Source of the DNA: a virus
Taxonomy: Duplodnaviria; Heunggongvirae; Uroviricota; Caudoviricetes
Direction: 5' to 3' (one strand)
DNA: 64,000 nucleotides
IMG/VR virus record: IMGVR_UViG_3300046000_008568
Coordinates: 94,501 to 158,500 of that record
Within the stretch, counting starts at the first letter, position 1; every line of letters begins with the position of its first letter. The position numbers were made by a program, and so were the translations under genes. Below the pieces are notes generated by a model. That model saw nothing but the letters and a program-made list of their open reading frames with translations, was not told the origin of the DNA and made no database searches. Below, piece after piece: positions 27,430 through 36,700 of the stretch.

Positions 27430-27774
27430 ATGTTTAAAAGATTTTTTAAGTACACACCAACATCTCAAGAGCAACAATTCATAGACATTATATCTAAATT
27501 GCTGGAGCATCCTAAAACATCGTTACGGATGACACCTCTAACGGATAAATATTTTCTTATTAATGAACAGAAACATTATTACATTTTACTTCAAAATACA
27601 GGTATTCAACTAACAAATACAAAATTCTCCTTTTGTAAATCGTTGCATCCAAAAGCATATGATATGGTTATAGAAAATATCCACGCTCATATTGAAGCAA
27701 ACAGACAAGCCCTAGAAGCTAAATTATTTAAAAACGAAACAACTATGCTGGATACAGTATTAAACAATTTATAG
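27430..27774 (+). CDS. hypothetical protein
   Basis: The ATG at 27430 is preferred because the track start at 27364 lies inside the upstream terminator. Confidence 0.4.
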   Translation: MFKRFFKYTPTSQEQQFIDIISKLLEHPKTSLRMTPLTDKYFLINEQKHYYILLQNTGIQLTNTKFSFCKSLHPKAYDMVIENIHAHIEANRQALEAKLFKNETTMLDTVLNNL

Positions 27775-27775
27775 A

Positions 27776-27994
27776 ATGGAACAATTCACAGCATCAGTTA
27801 TTGTAAATGGTAATGAAATTAGATTAGTAACAAAAGATAATGGATATTTTATTTATTGGGGTGAAGAAGGTAAAGCAAGAGCGGTAAAGGAATTATTAAC
27901 ACCGACGGGAAAAAAACCATCACAAGAAAACGCTCATAAACAATTTTTAGAAGCAGTAGAAGCAACCCGACACCTAAAATTCAGTAAATTGTAA
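27776..27994 (+). CDS. hypothetical protein
   Basis: 72 aa ORF. Confidence 0.35.
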   Translation: MEQFTASVIVNGNEIRLVTKDNGYFIYWGEEGKARAVKELLTPTGKKPSQENAHKQFLEAVEATRHLKFSKL

Positions 27995-28179
27995 TGGCAG
28001 CACTAACAGACAACAAGTACGATGTATACAAGTGGATTCAAAAAGTAATAGATTCATGTAAAACATTCCACCATTTCCACAAAGTACATAGACTTATAGA
28101 TAATTTCTATAACAGGTATAAAGATATGGAAATGTCCGGACGACTAAGAGACCATGCACATCATCGAGAATTCAAATAA
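27994..28179 (+). CDS. hypothetical protein
   Basis: 61 aa ORF, TAATG overlap. Confidence 0.35.
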   Translation: MAALTDNKYDVYKWIQKVIDSCKTFHHFHKVHRLIDNFYNRYKDMEMSGRLRDHAHHREFK

Positions 28180-28180
28180 A

Positions 28181-28270
28181 ATGAAAAAAGATTATACAAA
28201 AGCAATAGTTTGGATCTCATTAGGGATCATTACAATTGCAATATGGACAACAATTTACAATTTAATATTT
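28181..28270 (+). CDS. tiny membrane peptide (29 aa), not in track
   Basis: MKKDYTKAIVWISLGIITIAIWTTIYNLIF. Confidence 0.25.
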
Positions 28271-28277
28271 TAAGGTT

Positions 28278-28424
28278 ATGGCAACAGAAACAAAGAAAAA
28301 AACAACAAAACCGTTTTGGGAACTAAATTTAAACCCTATTACAATGTATCCTCCTATTAAAGAGAGTTACAAAGAAAATAGCACCAAACGATATTATACT
28401 AAAACACAACCTGACGTAAAATGA
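28278..28424 (+). CDS. small hypothetical protein (48 aa), not in track
   Basis: AAGGTTATG leader; its stop overlaps the next start (ATGA). Confidence 0.3.
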   Translation: MATETKKKTTKPFWELNLNPITMYPPIKESYKENSTKRYYTKTQPDVK

Positions 28425-28618
28425 GAGATTTAATTACATTAAAAAATAGTCAAATTGAAGAGCTACAAGCTCAATTAGGTAAGGCAAACAGTAAAATAAC
28501 TCAATTAGAGACTTACATATTTGAATTATGTGATAAGAAATGTCCTGAAGCATATAAAGAAGTAATTCAAAGTGAAGTATTCAAGCATTTAAAAAAACAT
28601 AACATATACAATGGATAG
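28421..28618 (+). CDS. hypothetical protein
   Basis: 65 aa coiled-coil ORF. Confidence 0.35.
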   Translation: MRDLITLKNSQIEELQAQLGKANSKITQLETYIFELCDKKCPEAYKEVIQSEVFKHLKKHNIYNG

Positions 28619-28820
28619 TATAGTAGCAAGCGTCATTAGTAAGTTTAGACATAGAGCTGAATTTGGAAAGAAAAAATATGGTGTTGATTTAGATCGTACT
28701 GATTTAGATTTGGAAGATTACTTACAACATGCGTTGGAAGAGCATATGGATGCTATTTTATATTTAACTAAAGCATTAAAGTTAGAAAGAGAAAGAAAAG
28801 AGCGAGAAAAGCTTGGTTAG
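28611..28820 (+). CDS. hypothetical protein
   Basis: 69 aa ORF. Confidence 0.35.
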   Translation: MDSIVASVISKFRHRAEFGKKKYGVDLDRTDLDLEDYLQHALEEHMDAILYLTKALKLERERKEREKLG

Positions 28821-28832
28821 GCGATTTCTCTA

Positions 28833-28860
28833 TCGTAAATTTATAGCATAATTTAAAACA
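28833..28860 (+). promoter_or_regulatory. conserved early promoter cassette, copy 1
   Basis: TCGTAAATTTATAGCATAATTTAAAACA, then TATAAAGGTTATG 11 nt before the ORF start. Confidence 0.5.
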
Positions 28861-28870
28861 TATAAAGGTT

Positions 28871-29662
28871 ATGAAAATTACAAATCAAAGAATACCCATG
28901 GTGCTTCCCGAAGTACAAGCAGTTTGCCCAAGTGCGTTCACAACTACCGTAGCGCCTCATTTATCCCAAAATTATACTCATATCCCTACCTCACAGGTAG
29001 TAATGGATATGATTGAGTTGGGTTGGACACCAGTTAGTGCCCAAGAAGTTAGATCCCGTAAGTCAATAGGGTTCCAAAAACACATTATTAGATTCCAAAA
29101 TCAAAACATCACTATTAAAGGTGCTAATAATGATGATGTGTTTCCGGAATTGTTATTAACTAATTCACACGATGGTAAAAATGCATTTCATTTACGAGTA
29201 GGATTATATAGAACGGTATGTTCTAATGGTCTAGTAGTAGCTGATGCTGAATTTAGTAACGTAGCAATTCGTCATTCGGGTTATACGTTTGAACAATTGC
29301 GTGCCCAAGTATTAGTTATGATTGAAAATTTACCTAATCTAGTAAATAAAATCAACTCATTCAGAGATGTATCATTGTCAGATGAGCAACAAATTGAATT
29401 TGCTATAAGAGCAGCCCAAATCAGATGGAAAAACCAAGACATAACAGTAAATGCTGATGAATTACTATTAGCTGAACGTAACTTAGATATGGGTTCAGAT
29501 TTATGGGCAGTATTTAATAGAGTGCAAGAGAAGTTAGTAAATGGTGGGATTAGCTACAATAAGGGTAGAAAAACACGTAAAGTACGAGCTTTAAAAAATT
29601 TCACCGCAGATATGTATTTCAATGGTGAATTATGGCAATTAGCAGAAGAATATATTAACTAA
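28871..29662 (+). CDS. hypothetical protein
   Basis: 263 aa ORF behind cassette 1. Confidence 0.5.
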   Translation: MKITNQRIPMVLPEVQAVCPSAFTTTVAPHLSQNYTHIPTSQVVMDMIELGWTPVSAQEVRSRKSIGFQKHIIRFQNQNITIKGANNDDVFPELLLTNSHDGKNAFHLRVGLYRTVCSNGLVVADAEFSNVAIRHSGYTFEQLRAQVLVMIENLPNLVNKINSFRDVSLSDEQQIEFAIRAAQIRWKNQDITVNADELLLAERNLDMGSDLWAVFNRVQEKLVNGGISYNKGRKTRKVRALKNFTADMYFNGELWQLAEEYIN

Positions 29663-29676
29663 AATAAAATAGAGAA

Positions 29677-29931
29677 ATGGATATTTACGATCAATTATTT
29701 GAAATTCACTCACAGTTAGAAAACGATGAGATGTGGTTAACCATTATTGAAGGTTACTTTGAAGAATATGAAGTAGACAATATAGATGACTTTATAGATA
29801 AGTTAGCTGAAGCCGAAATAGAAGGTGTTGTTTATACTTTAATCAACGAAGGTGAAAATTTACTATCACTTAAAGAAACAGACGAGTGGTTTGATGACGA
29901 TTATGGTAATGACGATTACGACAACTATTAA
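29677..29931 (+). CDS. acidic hypothetical protein
   Basis: 84 aa, Asp/Glu-rich. Confidence 0.4.
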   Translation: MDIYDQLFEIHSQLENDEMWLTIIEGYFEEYEVDNIDDFIDKLAEAEIEGVVYTLINEGENLLSLKETDEWFDDDYGNDDYDNY

Positions 29932-29940
29932 AACAAACTT

Positions 29941-29962
29941 GGAGGCGCAAGCCTCCTTTTGT
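29941..29962 (+). terminator. rho-independent terminator
   Basis: GGAGGC-GCAA-GCCTCC followed by TTTTG. Confidence 0.55.
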
Positions 29963-29986
29963 AATTTTATAGCATAATTTAAAACA
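29959..29986 (+). promoter_or_regulatory. conserved early promoter cassette, copy 2
   Basis: TTGTAATTTTATAGCATAATTTAAAACA + TATAAAGGTTATG. Confidence 0.5.
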
Positions 29987-29996
29987 TATAAAGGTT

Positions 29997-30299
29997 ATGA
30001 ATAAAGAAATCAAATCAATAGCATACACATTTTTATTTTTATTAATATACTTTTGGGCATCAAAAGGTATTGTTAAACTATTTTTTAATACTAATGATAA
30101 ACGTAAATTTGATAACCAAGTCAAGTTTCTTAATTATTGTTTTGTATTATTTTCATTAGTCTATCTTATAGGAATTTACCACATAGTAGGCCCCTTCCAC
30201 ACAGCAGGTTTTTATAAAGCATTTGTTATATTTAATCTTATTTACTTAACTTTAGGAAATATATTTAACTCATTACCAATAAACAACTTTAAAAATTAA
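29997..30299 (+). CDS. membrane protein
   Basis: 100 aa with 3 TM helices. Confidence 0.4.
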   Translation: MNKEIKSIAYTFLFLLIYFWASKGIVKLFFNTNDKRKFDNQVKFLNYCFVLFSLVYLIGIYHIVGPFHTAGFYKAFVIFNLIYLTLGNIFNSLPINNFKN

Positions 30300-30303
30300 T
30301 ATT

Positions 30304-30585
30304 ATGACAAAACGTATCCAAATTGAGTCAACATTAGCTAAAATAGCAAATGTAGTATTTGAAACTAAAGATTTCAAATTAGCACAACAAACTGCACTTG
30401 ATCACTTAGCTGAAAGTAGTATTAAAGAATCGGATAGATTAAAAATGATCGAAGAGATATCTAAAGCTAAAAACCTACAACGCTTACAAATATATTGTGC
30501 TAATGCATTATTAAAGTATGAAGGATTAGGTGTAGGTAGACCACAATCAAATAAAACAGAACCAACCGATGATAGTGAAATATAA
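30304..30585 (+). CDS. hypothetical protein
   Basis: 93 aa ORF. Confidence 0.4.
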   Translation: MTKRIQIESTLAKIANVVFETKDFKLAQQTALDHLAESSIKESDRLKMIEEISKAKNLQRLQIYCANALLKYEGLGVGRPQSNKTEPTDDSEI

Positions 30586-30720
30586 AACCATAGAACATTC
30601 ACTTGTGGCTCGTTTAGATGATGAGATAACACAACACCTCCAATTAGGTTGGGAATTATACGGAGCACAATATTATACAGGGTTCCGTTATGTGCAAGTA
30701 GTAACTTTAAAAGAAGAATA

Positions 30721-30921
30721 ATGAATAAATTAGAAGTAGTATTAACAGCATTAGGAGTATTAGCAGTAACAGCAGTTATTTTAGCTTGGCCAACACAATG
30801 GCTTTGGAATAACGCTCTAGTAGGAGCTATAGATGGGATCAATCCAATAGGATTTTGGCAGGCATTAGGTATTAATTTCTTATTTGGAATTTTAATAAAA
30901 AATAATTCAAATAGCAATTAA
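30721..30921 (+). CDS. small membrane protein
   Basis: The internal ATG at 30721 (MNKLEVVLTALGVLAV...) is preferred over the track start at 30649. Confidence 0.35.
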   Translation: MNKLEVVLTALGVLAVTAVILAWPTQWLWNNALVGAIDGINPIGFWQALGINFLFGILIKNNSNSN

Positions 30922-30922
30922 A

Positions 30923-31177
30923 ATGAAGACAAAAACAATTTTAAAGACAATTGGATTTTTAATAGGATGGATAGTATCTTTCCAATTGATAGGTGTGGGA
31001 ACATCCTTAATGAATCAACCAAGCAATCTTTCATTTACATTTGGGGTAATATGCTTCCTATTGATTGTGATATCAATTTTTACATGTGCCTATAAATTCT
31101 CACAGGCCGCAGTACAATTAATAACAGAGTATAGAGAGAGTAAAGAAGTTAAACAAGAAAAAGAAGAAAAGTTATGA
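30923..31177 (+). CDS. small membrane protein
   Basis: 84 aa with 2 TM helices. Confidence 0.4.
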   Translation: MKTKTILKTIGFLIGWIVSFQLIGVGTSLMNQPSNLSFTFGVICFLLIVISIFTCAYKFSQAAVQLITEYRESKEVKQEKEEKL

Positions 31178-31536
31178 TATTATTAATAATAATTTTAGTA
31201 GCGTTAGTAATTATATCCTTAATAGTACTAGGAATGTTTCTATCTGAGTATGATGGTATATTAAATGATCAAATTATAAAAGATTATCTAGATAAATTAG
31301 GAGATAAGTATACTGTGTACATTGGAGAATATACTCAGAGAATACAACCTACTTACTCAGCAACTGTAAAAAAGGATATTGAAAGGTCTCCTGCATTCAT
31401 TCGATTAGTTTTTCCATATCACATAGAGTATGTAGGAGTAATTCCAGCCTGGAGTAAGTCAAAGTCTAGAATTGATGCAATGTTTGGACAAGGAACAAAA
31501 AGTAATTGGAAGAGAAAAAAATTAGGATTAGAATAA
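31174..31536 (+). CDS. membrane-anchored protein
   Basis: 120 aa with an N-terminal TM helix; ATGA overlap. Confidence 0.4.
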   Translation: MILLIIILVALVIISLIVLGMFLSEYDGILNDQIIKDYLDKLGDKYTVYIGEYTQRIQPTYSATVKKDIERSPAFIRLVFPYHIEYVGVIPAWSKSKSRIDAMFGQGTKSNWKRKKLGLE

Positions 31537-31579
31537 TAAATAAAAATAAACAATTAAATCAATTTAAACAAAAGTAGTT

Positions 31580-32437
31580 ATGAACAGAATTTTAGTAGCA
31601 GTAGCAGTAGTTTTAGTAGTGTTAGGATTAGCAGGATCATGTAAGATTGCCGATTCGGCAGAAGTAGCATTGGTAGTAGATCAGATTGGAACCAATAAAG
31701 GAGTTCCCAACATTGAAATGGCAAGTGGATTTATCTTCTATTTCCCACCAACACAGGACGTGTTTATGTATCCAACATCAGTTCAGCATAAAGTATGGAC
31801 AGCAGATTCAAATGAAGACTCTCCAACAGATGAACATATTGATGTAACGTCGGCAGATGGAGCTACATTTGGATTAGATGTATCTATTAACTTACAATTG
31901 CAGAGAGCAAGAGCAGCTGAGTTATTTATCAAGTATAGAGTTGATATGGAAGATTTAATCAATTCAAGAGTAAGAACTATAGTTAGAAAAGAGTTACTAG
32001 ACAATGCAGTTAACTTCGCTTCAGATAGCTTATTACAGCACAGAAATGTGTATGAAGGTAATGTAACAAGATCTTTAACAGCTTCTTTAGAGAAGGAAGG
32101 ATTTACATTAAACAATATTGCAATTCTTAAAATGCAATTGCCTAAATCATACAAAGCAGCTATTGAAAGAAAGATTGCAGTACTACAAGAAACAGCAACT
32201 ATTATATCACAAACTAAACAAGCTGAACAAACCGCATTAAAGAAAGTAGCATTAGCAAAAGGTAACTACGAAGCAGCACAGTATGATGCTAAAACAAAAG
32301 AAATCTTATCACAACCTAAATTACTTGAATTATATAAAGCAGAGACAGCACGTATCAGAGCAACAAATGGTACATCTGAATATGGTTCAAACAACGTATT
32401 TGGTTCAGCAGGTAATATTTTGCTAAATAGAAATTAA
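31580..32437 (+). CDS. SPFH/band-7 (prohibitin/HflKC-like) domain protein, probable lipoprotein
   Basis: Signal peptide ending LAGSC (lipobox-like); central region matches the SPFH pattern followed by a coiled-coil tail. Confidence 0.45.
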   Translation: MNRILVAVAVVLVVLGLAGSCKIADSAEVALVVDQIGTNKGVPNIEMASGFIFYFPPTQDVFMYPTSVQHKVWTADSNEDSPTDEHIDVTSADGATFGLDVSINLQLQRARAAELFIKYRVDMEDLINSRVRTIVRKELLDNAVNFASDSLLQHRNVYEGNVTRSLTASLEKEGFTLNNIAILKMQLPKSYKAAIERKIAVLQETATIISQTKQAEQTALKKVALAKGNYEAAQYDAKTKEILSQPKLLELYKAETARIRATNGTSEYGSNNVFGSAGNILLNRN

Positions 32438-32459
32438 AATATTCAAAGATAATTGATTG

Positions 32460-32485
32460 AAGGCTTGCTAACGCGAGCCTTTTTT
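32460..32485 (+). terminator. rho-independent terminator
   Basis: AAGGCT-TGCTAACGCG-AGCCTT followed by TTTTTCAT. Confidence 0.55.
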
Positions 32486-32508
32486 CATATCTTTATAAAA
32501 AATTAGAT

Positions 32509-32703
32509 ATGGCAGGATTATACAACATGATGGATAACGGTATCGCAAATGAATTGGGAGTTGATCTTTATACTTACATTAAAATAATAGAACATAAATG
32601 TACTGAAGACGAAGCAGGTTTTATTATTATGACTATTTTAACAGAAGATAAAGATAATCTAGAAAAAGCAAAAGAAACATTTAATAAGTATTTAGATAAA
32701 TAA
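32509..32703 (+). CDS. hypothetical protein
   Basis: 64 aa ORF. Confidence 0.35.
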   Translation: MAGLYNMMDNGIANELGVDLYTYIKIIEHKCTEDEAGFIIMTILTEDKDNLEKAKETFNKYLDK

Positions 32704-32706
32704 CAC

Positions 32707-33045
32707 ATGAATTTTATACTAGGATTATTATACGGAGCGTTTGCTCAAATACTTACATTTATACAACTACAAGGTCAATTCAAATACACTTGGATGAAAG
32801 ATAATCCATTAATAATGGCAGCATTTGGTTTTCCATTATCGCTATTGTATTTACTATCTGTAAAACATATGGTTGCTTATTTTGAGGGAAATTTATGGCC
32901 TTCTCGTTTAGTAGGTTTTGCTGTCGGAGCTATTGTATTTACCTTTATGTCTTGGATTTGGTTCCGAGAACCAATTACATTAAAAACAGGGATATGTCTA
33001 ATCCTATCTCTAGCGATAATGGGGGTGCAAATATTTTGGAAATGA
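32707..33045 (+). CDS. membrane protein
   Basis: 112 aa with 4 TM helices. Confidence 0.4.
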   Translation: MNFILGLLYGAFAQILTFIQLQGQFKYTWMKDNPLIMAAFGFPLSLLYLLSVKHMVAYFEGNLWPSRLVGFAVGAIVFTFMSWIWFREPITLKTGICLILSLAIMGVQIFWK

Positions 33046-33263
33046 TAAATTTAGAGTATATTATAGATGGAGTATATGTTGTATATTTCAATACAAAAAA
33101 GATAGGTGAGTTCACAGTACAGGATGATGGATTCTTTGGATTTTACCCTAATGAACTTTCAGGGTATTGGAGCTCGTATGCTTTAAGACTTATAGCAGAT
33201 AAGCTAGATGAACTAAATAAAGAATGGGACGAACACATTAAGAAAAATTTAGGAAATGAGTAA
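33042..33263 (+). CDS. hypothetical protein
   Basis: The ATG at 33042 (ATGA overlap) is preferred over the track start at 32895, which overlaps the upstream gene. Confidence 0.4.
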   Translation: MINLEYIIDGVYVVYFNTKKIGEFTVQDDGFFGFYPNELSGYWSSYALRLIADKLDELNKEWDEHIKKNLGNE

Positions 33264-33561
33264 ACTAGAAAAATGTCACCACTGCGGTGAAGAAAAAGAA
33301 GATTGTTATCACGGATTCATAGCAATGTGTCTTCCTATTCCGGAAGCAGAAGATAAAATCAAGAAGTGGGGTGGAGAAGGTTGGTGGAAGAATTTAGAAC
33401 GAACCGATCTTACAGATGAGGAAGCAAAAGAATTAGATGATCTTTGCTCATACGACCAATTTCTAAACACAGTTGGACGAGGCATTCAATGTGATGATTG
33501 TGGTAAATTAGAAGCGGAATTATATGCAAAATACTATCCGGAACAATATAAGTCCGAATAA
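33256..33561 (+). CDS. Cys-rich hypothetical protein
   Basis: 101 aa; CHHCGEEKEDC...C...CDDCGK zinc-ribbon-like. Confidence 0.4.
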   Translation: MSKLEKCHHCGEEKEDCYHGFIAMCLPIPEAEDKIKKWGGEGWWKNLERTDLTDEEAKELDDLCSYDQFLNTVGRGIQCDDCGKLEAELYAKYYPEQYKSE

Positions 33562-33616
33562 AGCATAAACAAAGCTTGCAGTAACACAACACAATACAAA
33601 CATACGTATATACGAG

Positions 33617-33808
33617 ATGATAAGAAAATTATATTACAAACTAGTTAGATTTATTGGATACTCAATTTTAATACACGATTATTACAATCCAGAGACATTT
33701 GAGTTGGAAAAGAAATATGCTTATGTGGGACTTTATAAGTACTTAGGCAATTACAAGCACGATGGTAGTTTAAAAATGATTCAAATTTGGGAAATTAAAA
33801 TCAGATAA
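33617..33808 (+). CDS. hypothetical protein
   Basis: 63 aa. Confidence 0.3.
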   Translation: MIRKLYYKLVRFIGYSILIHDYYNPETFELEKKYAYVGLYKYLGNYKHDGSLKMIQIWEIKIR

Positions 33809-33811
33809 GAT

Positions 33812-34003
33812 ATGGTAAAAGTTAGAATGGTTATAATGAGACAGGGTCATGAGGATTATGATTTCGAAACAGAGATAATAAAGCCTAGAATAGGAGAGTT
33901 AATCTCCATAGGAGGTAATCATTATGAAGTACGGTTTATACAATACCTTTTCGATGATGAGAAACAATTCAAACACTTACTTGTAACAGCAATAAAAGTA
34001 TAA
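33812..34003 (+). CDS. hypothetical protein
   Basis: 63 aa. Confidence 0.3.
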   Translation: MVKVRMVIMRQGHEDYDFETEIIKPRIGELISIGGNHYEVRFIQYLFDDEKQFKHLLVTAIKV

Positions 34004-34005
34004 AA

Positions 34006-34143
34006 ATGAAACTAACACAAAAAGCAAGGAAAATTCTAGAGATGTTAAGTGATAGAAGTGGATTCGGAGATGTAATAAGTAATCTTGATGAGGATATCTT
34101 AGATGAAATTGTAGAAGAAATTGTAGACATAATTAAACAATAA
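34006..34143 (+). CDS. small acidic protein (45 aa), not in track
   Basis: ATG 34006, TAA 34141. Confidence 0.25.
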   Translation: MKLTQKARKILEMLSDRSGFGDVISNLDEDILDEIVEEIVDIIKQ

Positions 34144-34146
34144 ATC

Positions 34147-34380
34147 ATGACAGTAAAACAACTAATCGAGCAACTAAGCACTATTGAAAATCAAGATGTA
34201 TTTATAATGACTCCAGGGTATGAAGGAGGATACAATGATGTTGATAATATAAATACATTACAAGTAGATATAGCTTTGAATGTAAATACAGAATGGTATT
34301 ATGGTAATCATGAAAGAGCAGAAATGTTAATATATGAAGATAGAGAAAAATACCAAGTAGTAAAAGCAATCATAATTTAG
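34147..34380 (+). CDS. hypothetical protein
   Basis: 77 aa. Confidence 0.35.
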   Translation: MTVKQLIEQLSTIENQDVFIMTPGYEGGYNDVDNINTLQVDIALNVNTEWYYGNHERAEMLIYEDREKYQVVKAIII

Positions 34381-34400
34381 GTTGGCTTATAGGAATTGTA

Positions 34401-34429
34401 TTCGTAAATTTATAGCATAATTTAAAACA
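34401..34429 (+). promoter_or_regulatory. conserved early promoter cassette, copy 3
   Basis: TTCGTAAATTTATAGCATAATTTAAAACA + AAGGTTATG. Confidence 0.5.
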
Positions 34430-34435
34430 AAGGTT

Positions 34436-34819
34436 ATGGATAAGTTTCAATTACTAGAAAAAATAAAAGCAGGTAAATACAACCCAGAACAACTAATGTC
34501 ATGGGTAGGTTGTTTACCAGTACCATCAGAGAAGAGAAAGCCTAAATTTAATAAAGTAGGAGATGTTTATATGCATACAATATTTAATCATCCCTATATC
34601 CTATTGGAGAAACGAGATGACTTTTGGGTATGTGGATTAATGACAAGTGAAAGTAAATGCCCCGAAATATTAGAAGAATGTCATTCTAGATTCTTTCAAG
34701 GATATATAACAAAGACATTATTTACAGCAAGTGAAATCTCAGGTAGCTTTATAAACAGCTATGACAATACAAGGCACTTGAAAAAAGTATTAGCTAAATT
34801 AAGAGAAACATTAAAATAA
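34436..34819 (+). CDS. hypothetical protein
   Basis: 127 aa. Confidence 0.45.
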   Translation: MDKFQLLEKIKAGKYNPEQLMSWVGCLPVPSEKRKPKFNKVGDVYMHTIFNHPYILLEKRDDFWVCGLMTSESKCPEILEECHSRFFQGYITKTLFTASEISGSFINSYDNTRHLKKVLAKLRETLK

Positions 34820-34825
34820 AAGGTT

Positions 34826-35098
34826 ATGATAGTAGACAGATCAGAATTAGTAGTAGGTAAAAAGTATTACATAGACAATAGAAAAGATATAATCGGTACA
34901 CTTGTAGATAAAAATGAAGATTCACTTTATTTTGATTGTGGAAAGCAAGACAGATACACACCGTCTAATATTAGAGAGGGATTAATTCCATTCCATAATG
35001 TAGGAGGAGAGGGATTTGATGAGGTATTGATTGGAGATGATCTTACAGATGAAAATCTAGAATTGATAGAATCTATATTAGAAGACACTAAAAAATAA
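34826..35098 (+). CDS. hypothetical protein
   Basis: 90 aa. Confidence 0.4.
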   Translation: MIVDRSELVVGKKYYIDNRKDIIGTLVDKNEDSLYFDCGKQDRYTPSNIREGLIPFHNVGGEGFDEVLIGDDLTDENLELIESILEDTKK

Positions 35099-35128
35099 TT
35101 GTTACATATTCTCTTACATTGTAAGGTC

Positions 35129-35197
35129 TGTTGTGAGGCGTATTGGTATACGCACCGATCGAAAGGGAGATAGTAGGTTCGATTCCTACCACAACAT
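35129..35197 (+). ncRNA. isolated degenerate tRNA-like element
   Basis: Acceptor TGTTGTG/CACAACA; D-arm GCGT-ATTGGTAT-ACGC; T-arm GTAGG-TTCGATT-CCTAC; no foldable anticodon arm; lies 15 kb from the tRNA array. Confidence 0.4.
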
Positions 35198-35214
35198 CAA
35201 ATAATTTAAAACAA

Positions 35215-35532
35215 ATGGTTATGGAAATTCACGAAAAGTATGATTGCGTTAGAGAAGTGGTTAGAGAATATTTCACTCAAAACGGAACACCAGAAAATTT
35301 AGGTAGCATGTTTCAAAGCGATGATGAAATAGAACACATCATTGAGATAGGAACAAGCATATTAATGACTAAATGGGGTATAGGTTATCCGGGAGGTAGC
35401 TTTGTACAAGCGATTGTGGATAATGACTTACAAGAAGCAATTGGTAGAGCAGATAGTGTTAATATTAAAGCACTTAAATTCTATGTTCAATTGAAGTACA
35501 ATACAGGAATGCCTCGAGCAATAATGAATTAA
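35215..35532 (+). CDS. hypothetical protein
   Basis: The ATG at 35215 is preferred; the track start at 35143 lies inside the tRNA-like element. Confidence 0.4.
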   Translation: MVMEIHEKYDCVREVVREYFTQNGTPENLGSMFQSDDEIEHIIEIGTSILMTKWGIGYPGGSFVQAIVDNDLQEAIGRADSVNIKALKFYVQLKYNTGMPRAIMN

Positions 35533-35541
35533 AATAAGGTT

Positions 35542-35700
35542 ATGGAGGAAATCAAAGAAATACATTCTATACTTCAAGAAGCCAAAAAATATGGTTTAGA
35601 GACCGAAGTAATTTGGTCGGCACTAAACTCACTAAAAAACAATCCTACTCAAACAATAATTGAGGCGATGGAGAATGGAATGAACGAATGGATAAAATAA
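35542..35700 (+). CDS. small hypothetical protein (52 aa), not in track
   Basis: AAGGTTATG leader. Confidence 0.25.
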   Translation: MEEIKEIHSILQEAKKYGLETEVIWSALNSLKNNPTQTIIEAMENGMNEWIK

Positions 35701-35948
35701 GACAAATGGATACTCAGCTAAATAAAATAGATACAGAAAGAATTGTGTATAAGGGTAAACAATATATAATTGACATACCGATGAGAGATCTAGTTGAAGC
35801 ACCACATCAAACTAATAAATGGCAACGACAACAAATGGAACACGCTATAGCGAGACAGGATTGGGTAACGGTGGATAATAGAATAATAAATGGACTGAGA
35901 TTTATGTGGTTATGGGAGTTGGATGATAATGGGAATAGGGTACCGTAG
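35688..35948 (+). CDS. hypothetical protein
   Basis: 86 aa. Confidence 0.35.
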   Translation: MDKIRQMDTQLNKIDTERIVYKGKQYIIDIPMRDLVEAPHQTNKWQRQQMEHAIARQDWVTVDNRIINGLRFMWLWELDDNGNRVP

Positions 35949-35949
35949 G

Positions 35950-36700
35950 TTTTTTTTGTTTAACGCATTGTTTTTTTGTTGTACACAACGCCATGTATAA
36001 TTGGAGTTCATTGAAACTATCGCGTATTTTTGCGCAATAAACGCGGTTTTTTTGTTGCTTAAGCAGTATAGTAACGTTTGTAGAACAAGACGCAAGTAGG
36101 TCAAACAGTTTGTGTGGTAATGGTTTTTTTGTAACAAATGCATTATAGTATATGGAATGCTATATAATAATGGGTATTGTGGTTTGTTGTGTAGGGGCAA
36201 ATCCCCGCCCCGCTCCGTCCCGTTTCCTTCGAAACCAAAACGTATATACAACGTTTCGTAACGCTTTGTTCAATATTTGTGCGATGTTTTGTTGTTTTAT
36301 TGCAGTATCCTCAGTCGCCACACGCGGAAGGAATTCTCATTCACAATGAAGTGGCGATTTTGTTGTGAACAATGCAATTTCGGCGACAAATTTGGTTACC
36401 TCAAGTTTTTTTTGTATATTATATTAAACATAAAATAAATTTTATATGCCTATTATCGTACCGTTTCCCGTTTATGGATTGCTTTTTGGAATACAATATG
36501 TCGCTGGCGACGTAGATGAGAATTTTGATCTAGACGACGACGTCCACATGGTCCAAATTGCACTTGGTTTTTTTGGTTTATCCATTATGTGGTAAGACCG
36601 TAGTGTTTTTTTTTTGTTCACAACTTTTTTTGCTAGAAATTTGGCTACGTTATTTTTGTGTCGTAATTTTATAGCAGAGTTAAAATAAACAAATATTAAC
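35950..36700. other. 750-bp non-coding region with iterated T7-8G(T) tracts and CACAA/TTGTG inverted repeats
   Basis: At least eight TTTTTTTGT copies, some after short hairpins (e.g. CGCGT...ACGCG at 36026-36055); the track ORFs in this region are short with odd composition. Confidence 0.4.
36661..36686 (+). promoter_or_regulatory. conserved early promoter cassette, copy 4
   Basis: TCGTAATTTTATAGCAGAGTTAAAAT + AAAGGTTATG. Confidence 0.5.
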
